A stretch of 64,000 nucleotides of DNA, from assembly GCA_963668675.2 (NCBI GenBank), contig CAXXMB010000001.1, positions 704,001-768,000 of the forward strand, written 5' to 3'. The position numbers and the translations under genes are program-made. This document shows, one piece after another, positions 9,906 through 18,417 of the stretch (position 1 is the stretch's first letter; each line of letters opens with the position of its first letter). This stretch comes from an uncultured Desulfatitalea sp. (GTDB lineage Bacteria > Desulfobacterota > Desulfobacteria > Desulfobacterales > Desulfosarcinaceae). A model generated the notes under the pieces. That model was not told the origin of the DNA, made no database searches, and saw only the letters and a program-made list of their open reading frames with translations.

Positions 9906-11252
9906 TTAGTTCATGCAGGCGGCAACCGGAGCGGCGGGTTTGTTCAACTGGCGGGACAACAGCTCATATTTGGCGCTGATCACCCCAAACCCCGTTCTAT
10001 CGAGAAGCTCCTTAAGATAGAGATCCGAGAGGTACCAGCGGTGGGAAAATTTGCCCACCCGCCTGAAGATGTCGCAGTTTTGGGCCACCATGAGGTCGAA
10101 AGCACTCTTCCTCATTCCCAAAGCTGTTGGCACCCTGTCAAATCGGGTAAAGCCGTAGGACCCTCTTTCATATTCCGTTTTGGCCCGTGAAGGTGTCAGA
10201 ATCTGCTTCTCGAGCACCAGCCCCTCTTTTTGCGAAAGGATATCGGCTGCGCGTCGCACCAAAAGGTGCAATAGGGGAGAGATGCGTTCAGCGCGGTGCC
10301 TCTTGGGCAGCGATTCAAGGGGTAGAAGGGGATGGCCTGCGATAAACGACTTACAATCACGGTGGATTTTATCGGCCCTCCAGGAGGCGATGCGTTTGCA
10401 TTTCCCCACTTGATAAGCGCCCGGACCTCTGCCAAGATATCTTTTCGGCCGTTTGTTGGCAATGGCGCTGAGAAATGTCAACTCCTCTTCTACGGCAGTA
10501 TAGAGCGCATAGCCTGGCTTCTTGCCATAAATTTTCTCCTTAAGCCGCTCTATTTCCCGTTTGTCGGCTGAAGCCACCGCCCTTTCCGCCTCCTTTTTGA
10601 GTCGGAGCGCCCGTTCGAAAACGGTTTGGGATACACTTTTCAATCGGCCCGATTCATATCGATCCATTTGCTGATGCAGTATTGAATTGGGGTGGATGCC
10701 GACATGGTCCTTGAGAAAGAGAAGCAATGGCCTGATTTTCTGGTACGACACCCGATCGGTTTTGGGAAGCGCAGCAAATTCCTCCAACCAAGCGTCGAGC
10801 ATGATTCGGTCTATGCCATACGCCAGGAACTTCTTCTCCATCTTTCTCTCCAATGCCCGTTCCACGGTCTGTATCTTACCGCTGAAGATTCTGTAATCGG
10901 CTTTGTGGGGCGCCTTGTCTGCCACAAGCTCGTTGTACAGATCCATCTTGGTCGTACGGTCATCCAGATAAACCCACAACCCGACCATTCGCCGAAAGTG
11001 ACTTCCATCCACACGTGGGATACGATCAGTCGGCGGGTCCTCTCCAAAGATCAGTCTGAAGTTTCGGGGCGAGACCGAACGCACCCGGTCATTGACAATA
11101 TTGTATATGAGAAGGTACGGCAACCCCGTCTCTCGTGCCAGTTCAGAGGCCGGTCGGCTGAAGACCGAGCTCTCGAACCTGCGTCGCAACTCTTCTGTCA
11201 ATTCGACACGATTGCTTAGTGGGGCGTTATGCTGTCTGAAGTTATGTTTCAT
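9906..11252 (-). CDS. Hypothetical basic protein, probably a multi-helix-turn-helix DNA-binding protein
   Basis: 448-aa Arg/Lys-rich ORF; N-terminal ASELARETGLPYLLIYNIV (XRE/Cro-like) plus several related internal segments. Confidence 0.7.
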   Translation of the reverse strand: MKHNFRQHNAPLSNRVELTEELRRRFESSVFSRPASELARETGLPYLLIYNIVNDRVRSVSPRNFRLIFGEDPPTDRIPRVDGSHFRRMVGLWVYLDDRTTKMDLYNELVADKAPHKADYRIFSGKIQTVERALERKMEKKFLAYGIDRIMLDAWLEEFAALPKTDRVSYQKIRPLLLFLKDHVGIHPNSILHQQMDRYESGRLKSVSQTVFERALRLKKEAERAVASADKREIERLKEKIYGKKPGYALYTAVEEELTFLSAIANKRPKRYLGRGPGAYQVGKCKRIASWRADKIHRDCKSFIAGHPLLPLESLPKRHRAERISPLLHLLVRRAADILSQKEGLVLEKQILTPSRAKTEYERGSYGFTRFDRVPTALGMRKSAFDLMVAQNCDIFRRVGKFSHRWYLSDLYLKELLDRTGFGVISAKYELLSRQLNKPAAPVAACMN

Positions 11253-11375
11253 GATGGACCTCGAATCCGCTCAGATTCACGCAGCAGGGGTAGCAGATGC
11301 GTGCAAGAGAGCGTGCCTTCAAATGAAGTGTCCAACGGTTTTCAACGGTATAAATGTTTAAGAGAGACGGGTTAA

Positions 11376-11399
11376 AAGCCCGGCAATAGAGCCGGGCTT
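11376..11399 (-). terminator. Intrinsic terminator downstream of the 59-aa Cys-rich ORF
   Basis: 9-bp stem AAGCCCGGC-aataga-GCCGGGCTT; on the minus strand it ends in TTTT. Confidence 0.75.
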
Positions 11400-11421
11400 A
11401 TGGAATAAGCCGGTGACCGCA

Positions 11422-11601
11422 TCAGGATGACGCAACGCACGACTGGGATCTCTCTCCGCTGACTCGGGCTGCTTGCGAGTAGCACTGTTGATACTGTTCG
11501 TAACTGGTCGAGCAATAATCACAACTGCGTAGATCTTGCATCAACCGTTTGTGTTCACGTCTACAACACGTCTGGCTCTTTTGGTTTGATTCTATAGACA
11601 T
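11422..11601 (-). CDS. Small Cys-rich protein, 59 aa (absent from ORF track)
   Basis: AAGGAGG RBS 6 nt before ATG; MSIESNQKSQTCCRREHKRLMQDLRSCDYCSTSYEQYQQCYSQAARVSGERSQSCVASS*; followed by a terminator. Confidence 0.8.
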   Translation of the reverse strand: MSIESNQKSQTCCRREHKRLMQDLRSCDYCSTSYEQYQQCYSQAARVSGERSQSCVASS

Positions 11602-12003
11602 TTCTGACCTCCTTGATTGTGTTGACCATTGAACCGCTGGGGTGGCTGCCGAGTTTTCATAAGTGGTGTCAGAATCCGTCCGGACAAGCCGTTTCCGTTT
11701 CGGTTGTGGAGCGATGCCGAAATGCTCGGCGACACAGACGGGTATACCCCGTGCGACGAACAGGCGCTGTGAGGCAGGGCCTTACTCTGCCTGCGCACTC
11801 TATCGGGTCTGAAATTGATGTCGATTGTAATGGTGAAAATGAATTTCCTCTGGTTGGAAGTTTTTGGATTTAACACCTCTGTTTAAAGAATTTCGACATC
11901 AGCGGGCGACCTGTCAAGGGGGGTGTGTTTGCAACATGCAGATCGCTGATTAATATATAGTTAATTAACTGTTTTGAGGACAAATCCATTGGAGGGAGAC
12001 CTA

Positions 12004-12240
12004 ATGAAATTATCAAACAGATCCAAAATGAAGACCATCATCGACCGTGAAATGTTGATGCAACTGAAAACCTGTGCCGCATGTCACCGCCCTTTCAATC
12101 TGGGGGATCCGGTAGTGATGGCCTGCGGCGCATGGGAGGGGCCGGCCCGCCTGATACATGAAAATGAAGCTGTTTTCGATAACGCAAGCAGCAGTTACGT
12201 AGAGAGAAAATGCCACGCCGCCAACCGGGGAAGGGTGTAG
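12004..12240 (+). CDS. Small putative zinc-binding protein (78 aa)
   Basis: GGAGGGAG RBS before ATG 12004; CAAC..PF..GD.VV..C...IH...C pattern. Confidence 0.75.
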   Translation: MKLSNRSKMKTIIDREMLMQLKTCAACHRPFNLGDPVVMACGAWEGPARLIHENEAVFDNASSSYVERKCHAANRGRV

Positions 12241-12307
12241 TCGATTGGCCAGGTTAATTACCCGGCAATTTAAGATCACAAGCCCTGTCATTCCGTTGCA
12301 AACGCGC

Positions 12308-12781
12308 TTACTCTGCCTCGAGTTTCAAATCACCTTGCCGGCCGCTTTCTCTGCTGGTCCAGACAGCTGTAATCGTTTTGAGATCCTTGCTGATTTCCCC
12401 GACGTGAGAGCCATCCGTGATAAAGTCGCTATTGGCCTTTAGGCTCTTTTCCCACATCTCGAATCGCATGGTGTCCGGTGCAATCGCTATTTCAATTTCG
12501 ATATCCGCTTCACGAAACATCGTCACATACTTGCCGGTGCCTTTGGCAGTGACACCCTTCTCCGAATCATAAGATACTTTATCAATGGCAATGGATACCT
12601 TTTGAAGCGCGCTGGCACCATGCCACCTGAAACTTCCGTGATACGCTCTTGGCAGACGATCGAGCAGATAGGAGTGCTCCGGGGCCTCTGTTTGTGCAGC
12701 GCACCCTGTGAGTATCAACAGGACTAACAGCAATCCTTTTTTCAGCTGATAAGCCATCATATTCTCCTTAAGTATCTCCAT
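12308..12781 (-). CDS. Hypothetical lipoprotein
   Basis: KKGLLLVLLILTG|C lipobox; the true start may be a few codons downstream (MMAY). Confidence 0.75.
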   Translation of the reverse strand: MEILKENMMAYQLKKGLLLVLLILTGCAAQTEAPEHSYLLDRLPRAYHGSFRWHGASALQKVSIAIDKVSYDSEKGVTAKGTGKYVTMFREADIEIEIAIAPDTMRFEMWEKSLKANSDFITDGSHVGEISKDLKTITAVWTSRESGRQGDLKLEAE

Positions 12782-13174
12782 CCGGCAATTTATTTGTTCT
12801 AAAAGGTTATATCAGTAGATTCAAATATCAAGCTATAGATCCACTATTCGATGCCCTTTCTTTGTCAGATAGCTCCATTGTTTGATTTGTCCGGCATGAC
12901 GAAGGTTGACCTGTTTAAATGTTGCTATCCTAACCCGCATCTAAACTGGCGCATGCCGAGGTGTTGAAAAGGGGAGCCAACAAAGGGATTGGATCAAAAG
13001 GCGTTTTTGAGTTAGAGTAAAGGGCTTGTCCGATATGATTCTATGATTCGACGAGCCGATGCCATGAAAGCGGAGAGGACGGGTGAAAGCCATTTGGCCT
13101 CGTGATCGATCGGCAAGCGTCCGGTCGCCAGAGAGGCTTCACGATAGACGAACCAAAATGGATAGGCGGCAAAA

Positions 13175-14401
13175 ATGATTGAGTTGGAGACCATACGCAA
13201 GGCCGCTCGACTGATTGAGGATCACATTTTTAAAACGCCTGTGATTTACTCCCCGACCCTCAGCAAAAGATTCAGCGCCCATATCTACCTGAAGTTGGAG
13301 AATCTGCAAAAAACAGGATCATTCAAAATAAGGGGTGCCACATACAAGCTTATCGCAGGTGCTGACAACTGGCAAATTTCCCCTAATGGGGTTGTTGCGG
13401 CGTCAGCCGGAAACCACGCCCAGGGGGTCGCCCTGGCCGCAAACCGTGCGGGACTCAAAGCCACTATCGTCATGCCCCAGTGGGCCTCTATCAGTAAACA
13501 GGAGGCCACCCGAAATTATGGCGGCAGCATCATCATACACGGCGCCACTGTCGAAGAGAGCCTTGTCAAAGCCCTTGAAATAGAGCAGCAGGGGTTGACC
13601 TTTATCCATCCGTTTGATGATGCCGAACTCATTGTCGGCCAGGCAACTATCGGACTGGAGATCATTTCGGAGGTGCCAGAGGTGGACACGGTGCTTGTTC
13701 CGGTTGGCGGAGGCGGCCTTATTGCCGGTACCGCCAGTGCGATCAAGCTAGCGAGGCCGCAAGCAAGGGTCATCGGCGTCGAGGCAGCAGCGTGTCCCTC
13801 CGCCAGTGCCTCGATGCAGAGCGGCAGAAGAGAGAAGGTGGCGGCAACATCCTCCATTGCCGACGGCATCAGCGTCAAACAAATAGGGGCGGTGCCTTTT
13901 GAGATAATGCGTGATCGGGTGGACGATGTGGTGACCGTCGAAGAGGAGTATATCGCCGCTTCGATCCAAATCATGCTGGAGCGTAAGAAGATATTGTCCG
14001 AAGGTGCTGGTGCCGTACCGCTGGCTGCCTTGCTAAACGGCTCGATACGGACGAAACCTGGTGAAAGGATCGTACTGCTGGTATCGGGCGGTAACGTTGA
14101 CAGCCCGCTGCTCGGGCGTATCATTCAGCAAGGATTGATAAAAAACGGTCGTGTCATGAGAATCAGGCTCAGCTTAAATGACAGGCCAGGCACCCTGGCG
14201 ACGCTCCTGAACCAGGTGGCTGCCCTGCAGGCCAATATTTTGCACATTCATCACGATCGCGGTACAGAGAGAAGCAATATAGACGAGACGCAGGTTGAAC
14301 TGGAATTGGAAACGCGCAATGCCGATCATATCCGTGAGATTGGCGCCGCCTTGAAGGCGGCTGGTTACAAAATGGCGCATCTCTCTTGCCGTAGGTTCTG
14401 A
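13175..14401 (+). CDS. ilvA: Threonine dehydratase (single C-terminal ACT domain)
   Basis: LKLENLQKTGSFKIRGA PLP lysine, ASAGNHAQG, VGGGGL, SGGNVD; ACT motif DRPGTL. Confidence 0.93.
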   Translation: MIELETIRKAARLIEDHIFKTPVIYSPTLSKRFSAHIYLKLENLQKTGSFKIRGATYKLIAGADNWQISPNGVVAASAGNHAQGVALAANRAGLKATIVMPQWASISKQEATRNYGGSIIIHGATVEESLVKALEIEQQGLTFIHPFDDAELIVGQATIGLEIISEVPEVDTVLVPVGGGGLIAGTASAIKLARPQARVIGVEAAACPSASASMQSGRREKVAATSSIADGISVKQIGAVPFEIMRDRVDDVVTVEEEYIAASIQIMLERKKILSEGAGAVPLAALLNGSIRTKPGERIVLLVSGGNVDSPLLGRIIQQGLIKNGRVMRIRLSLNDRPGTLATLLNQVAALQANILHIHHDRGTERSNIDETQVELELETRNADHIREIGAALKAAGYKMAHLSCRRF

Positions 14402-14606
14402 ATCAAAGAATTCATCTCCTTTCTAACCGTTTTGTCTCCCCTCCTTAATGTTGTCTGGCACCTTTATATCCGTCTGGGCCCAGGATTTTTCCACTTCATC
14501 GCAATCCCATTGATATGCAAAGCGTCTCCAAGGTAAGCTGGCGTTGGATCGAAAAGGCATTCAGATTCGAATTCCGGCGAAGCCGGGCCAGGAGAAGGAG
14601 CAGAGG

Positions 14607-16268
14607 ATGTCAGATACCAGATTGTCAAGACGCAGTTTCATCGCGGCAGCCGGGATGAGTGCCGCCGCCATGACGTTGGATGTGAGCCGGATCAAAGCCT
14701 GCGCCGCCAGCATGGGGCCCAAAAGCGACTATCCGGTGGTCGTGATCGGCGCCGGGCTGGGCGGTTTGACTTGCGCCGCCTACCTGGCTCGAGAGGGTGT
14801 GCCGGTCACTGTGGTGGAGCAGCATTCGGTGCCGGGCGGATATGCCACGGCATTCGAGCGGGAGGGCGGCAAATACAACTTTGAAGTATCGTTGCACGGT
14901 ACATCGATCAACAACAACAGCCCGGCCAGAATTCTCGATGACCTCGGGGTGTTGCAGAAGCTGGAACTCGTGAGACTGCCGGACACCTACCGGATCAAAA
15001 CCTCCGCCGGTGATGTGGTGGTGCCCCAGAGCGATCCGGAGGGGTTTATTGAAAATCTATCCCGGCGCTTTCCGCCGGAGGCCGAGGGCATCCGCAGCTT
15101 CGTGAACGAGATGCTCACCGTTCACACCGAAACAGAAGCGTATGGAAGCAGGAGCGCGTTCTACAAGAAGTATTTCAAGCTGATCTTTCCTTTGATGTAT
15201 CCGACCATGTGGAAGATGCGGTCGAAATCCCTCGCCGATCTGCTGGATGATCATGTGCAATCGCCGAAGGTGCGCAACCTGCTCTCCTTTTTATGGGGGT
15301 ACTACGGCCTGCCGCCATCCAAACTATCGGGATTCTACTACGCCCTGGCAACCGGCGAATATCTAAAGAACGGCTCTTACTACATCAAGGATCGCTCACA
15401 GCGGCTGAGCGGCCTTCTGGCAGGCACCATCGAAACCGCCGGCGGCCGGATGATCTTCAACCATGCCGTCGAGAAGGTTGCGTTGAAGGGGAGAGCGGTT
15501 TCCGGGGTGACGCTTTCCGATGGGCGTGCGTTGCCGGCCCGCTCTGTGGTGTGCAACGGCAGCGCTTTGACGCTGTTCGAGCAGATGCTGCCCGACAAGA
15601 GCGTCCCGGAGGAGTACCTTAAAAAGCTCAACGCTTATCACCCCAGTATCTCCTGTTTTCTTGTATGGCTCGGTTTGAACCGGTCGATTGTGGATCGGGT
15701 ACCTGGCTACAGCACAGCGGTCGAGAGCGGCCACTCACCGGAGGACGCCTATGCCCTCGGCATAAAGGGCGACATCGAAAATGTGCCCTATTCGGTGTGT
15801 GTCTATGATCATCTCTATGAAGGCTATTCGGCTCCCGGCACGTCAACGCTGATGATCATTGCGCTGGTTGGATATGAACCATGGCGTCGTTTTGAGTCCG
15901 ATTACCGGGCCGGTCGCAAGGAGGCCTATCTGGGAGAAAAGAAACGGTGGGCAGAGACCCTTGTTCGGCGTACAGAGCACGATCTGATCACGGGACTGGG
16001 CCAAATGATCGAAGTACAGGAGTCAGCCACTCCCCTGACCAACTGGCGCTATACCGGCAACACGGAGGGGGCGATATATGGGTTTGAACAATCGATGGAA
16101 AACGCCTATATGAATCGGATCAGCAACCGGACACCCATCGAGGGCCTCTACCTGGCCGGATCATGGGGCAATCCCGGCGGCGGATACGCCGGGGTGCTGC
16201 GCAGCGGGCAGATGACCTTTGAAATGATGATGCAGGATTGGGGGGGTGACCAAGGCGACCATGTTTGA
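14607..16268 (+). CDS. Tat-signal FAD-dependent oxidoreductase, phytoene desaturase (CrtI)/retinol saturase-like
   Basis: MSDTRLSRRSFIAAAG twin-arginine leader after an AGGAG RBS; VIGAGLGG FAD motif; TPLT..RY...GAIYG; TPIEGLYLAG...PGGG. Confidence 0.85.
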   Translation: MSDTRLSRRSFIAAAGMSAAAMTLDVSRIKACAASMGPKSDYPVVVIGAGLGGLTCAAYLAREGVPVTVVEQHSVPGGYATAFEREGGKYNFEVSLHGTSINNNSPARILDDLGVLQKLELVRLPDTYRIKTSAGDVVVPQSDPEGFIENLSRRFPPEAEGIRSFVNEMLTVHTETEAYGSRSAFYKKYFKLIFPLMYPTMWKMRSKSLADLLDDHVQSPKVRNLLSFLWGYYGLPPSKLSGFYYALATGEYLKNGSYYIKDRSQRLSGLLAGTIETAGGRMIFNHAVEKVALKGRAVSGVTLSDGRALPARSVVCNGSALTLFEQMLPDKSVPEEYLKKLNAYHPSISCFLVWLGLNRSIVDRVPGYSTAVESGHSPEDAYALGIKGDIENVPYSVCVYDHLYEGYSAPGTSTLMIIALVGYEPWRRFESDYRAGRKEAYLGEKKRWAETLVRRTEHDLITGLGQMIEVQESATPLTNWRYTGNTEGAIYGFEQSMENAYMNRISNRTPIEGLYLAGSWGNPGGGYAGVLRSGQMTFEMMMQDWGGDQGDHV

Positions 16269-17319
16269 AATGAAATCATACGCACAGCCGCCAAGCTTCG
16301 GCCGATTAGGCAAAACGCTGCTCTACACCGCGGCGTTCAATACGATCATTGCGGTGCTGCTGTTCGTGGTCGGCTTCGGCCATCCCTTTTTGCAAACGCT
16401 TCTCTACTCCCAATGCATTGGACTTACCATCTGCATGTGTGTGGTCTGGTCCCTCTATGCTACTCGCAACAGGGCAGCTGCTGTTCGAGGCGCGGGCGTT
16501 GTCGCGGCTTTGGTTTTGGGTGCCGTCGGGGGTAACTTCATCGCCGCGTCTTTCATTCGGTTTTCCGGGGATCCCATCGACACCAAAAGTCACCTCCTGT
16601 GGCAGATCATAGGGATCAGTGTCCTGTTCGGTATGATCATTACCTATTTTTTTCACAGCAAAGAGGAGCTTTCGGCTACCATCCAGATGGCCCAAGAGGA
16701 GCGTATCAAACGCCTTTCCAGTGAGAAGTTGGCCCTGGAGGCTGATCTGAAGCGGCTGCAGGCGCAGGTGGAACCACACTTCCTGTTTAATACGCTCTCC
16801 AATATCGTGAGCCTCATGGAGAGCGATCCGGCCAAAGCCAAAAGCATGCAGCTGGATCTGATCCGCTACCTGCGCACCGCTTTGGGCCGCAGTCGGGACA
16901 AGGTGACCACCCTTGGCCAGGAGGCGGATCTGATTCAGGCCTACCTGGATATTTTCAAGATTCGGATGGGTGAGCGGCTGCACTACACCATCGACATTCC
17001 CGGTTCGTTGAAAGCGCTGCCGCTGGCCCCCATGCTTCTGCAGCCCATCGTGGAGAACGCCCTGCTGCACGGGTTGGAGCCGAAGATCGAGGGCGGAACG
17101 ATCAACATTCGTGCCCAAAAGCGTGAGGGCGGTGTCAGTATCGAAATTTCAGACAGCGGCAACGGGATGGTTGAGCATCACCCATCCGGTGTCGGACTGA
17201 CCAACGTAAAACAGCGTTTGGCTCAACTTTACGGAAAACAAGGGCGACTGGTGATCAGGGAGAACCGGCCGTGCGGGGTGACGGTGTCGGTCGACGTGCC
17301 GATAGCGGAGCGAATTTAG
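16261..17319 (+). CDS. LytS/YehU-family membrane sensor histidine kinase
   Basis: About 4 TM helices; LQAQVEPHFLFNTL H-box, LQPIVENA..HG, DSGNG, GVGLTNV..RL. Confidence 0.92.
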   Translation: MFEMKSYAQPPSFGRLGKTLLYTAAFNTIIAVLLFVVGFGHPFLQTLLYSQCIGLTICMCVVWSLYATRNRAAAVRGAGVVAALVLGAVGGNFIAASFIRFSGDPIDTKSHLLWQIIGISVLFGMIITYFFHSKEELSATIQMAQEERIKRLSSEKLALEADLKRLQAQVEPHFLFNTLSNIVSLMESDPAKAKSMQLDLIRYLRTALGRSRDKVTTLGQEADLIQAYLDIFKIRMGERLHYTIDIPGSLKALPLAPMLLQPIVENALLHGLEPKIEGGTINIRAQKREGGVSIEISDSGNGMVEHHPSGVGLTNVKQRLAQLYGKQGRLVIRENRPCGVTVSVDVPIAERI

Positions 17320-17357
17320 CCATGCGCCACTCAGGTCACGGAGGGAGAGCAGGTACC

Positions 17358-17642
17358 ATGGATAATGAACAGGTTTATGAACAGGCCAGAAGAAGAGCCA
17401 ATGCAAAACTTGGCTTCTATACTCATTTGACGGTATACATTGTTGTCAACCTGCTGTTGATCGCCATCAACCTGATCTCATCTGCCCGGCACTACTGGTT
17501 CATATGGCCGATGCTGGGATGGGGCGTGGGGATCTGTTTCCACGGCATGGGGACATTTCTGTTTTTGAGCGGGTCGGGTTTCAAAGAGCGCATGATTCAA
17601 AGGGAGGTCGAGAAGATGACCGCCGAGAGAGACGGGAAGTAG
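17358..17642 (+). CDS. 2TM-domain membrane protein
   Basis: GFYTHL..Y..VN.LL..IN...WFIWPMLGWG.G...H signature; ATG 17358 after GGAGGGAG. Confidence 0.85.
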   Translation: MDNEQVYEQARRRANAKLGFYTHLTVYIVVNLLLIAINLISSARHYWFIWPMLGWGVGICFHGMGTFLFLSGSGFKERMIQREVEKMTAERDGK

Positions 17643-17646
17643 AAGG

Positions 17647-18417
17647 ATGCCGGTTCATGCCAAAGCCATTATTGCCGATGATGAGGCGCCTTTGCGGGCC
17701 TATTTGAGGGAGAAGTTGGCTGACGTGTGGCCGGAGCTGGAGATCTGCGCCGAGGCCGTCAACGGCGAAGAGGCAATTGCGGCAGTGGAAGCCCACACAC
17801 CGCAGATCGCGTTTCTGGACATTCGCATGCCGGGCTTCACTGGTATGCAGGTCGCCGAGAAGATCGCCGCATCCTGCCGCATCGTTTTCGTGACCGCATA
17901 CGATGATTATGCCGTGGATGCATTCGAAACGGAGGCGGTTGACTACCTGCTCAAGCCGGTCGTCAAAGAGCGGCTGCAACGCACCGTAACACGCCTGAAA
18001 AAAGAGCTGGCCGAAAACGTGGCGTATCCTGAAAACGCCGCCGAGTGGATGCGGCGACTCATCGAGCACGTTGCCCCGATGAGCGGTCCTTCATCGCTGC
18101 AATGGCTTCGCGTCCAGCACGGAGACGGTGTGCAGCTGATTGCCGTGCAGGATGTGATCTACTTCCAGGCCAGTGATAAGTATACGGCGGTCATCACCGC
18201 CTCGGGAGAGTCACTGATCCGTAAAAGCATTCGCGAGCTCGCCGCGGAACTGGACCCCAACTGCTTTTGCCAAATTCACCGCAGCACCATCGTCAACCTC
18301 ACCCGTATCGACAAGGTGAGCCGTTCACTCACCGGAAGGGGTGTCATCCGACTAAAAGAGAGATCGGAGACACTCACCATCAGCCGGCCATATCTTCACT
18401 GCTTCAAACAGATGTAG
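17647..18417 (+). CDS. LytTR-family response regulator
   Basis: REC domain (ADDE, FLDIRMP, FVTAYD, DYLLKP) plus LytTR domain (F.QIHRSTIVN). Confidence 0.93.
   Translation: MPVHAKAIIADDEAPLRAYLREKLADVWPELEICAEAVNGEEAIAAVEAHTPQIAFLDIRMPGFTGMQVAEKIAASCRIVFVTAYDDYAVDAFETEAVDYLLKPVVKERLQRTVTRLKKELAENVAYPENAAEWMRRLIEHVAPMSGPSSLQWLRVQHGDGVQLIAVQDVIYFQASDKYTAVITASGESLIRKSIRELAAELDPNCFCQIHRSTIVNLTRIDKVSRSLTGRGVIRLKERSETLTISRPYLHCFKQM

Noticed and set aside
11592..11876. Track ORFs of 94 aa (-) and 86 aa (+) in the intergenic region
   Set aside because: No convincing RBS or protein-like features; the minus ORF overlaps the RBS and start of the better-supported 59-aa ORF
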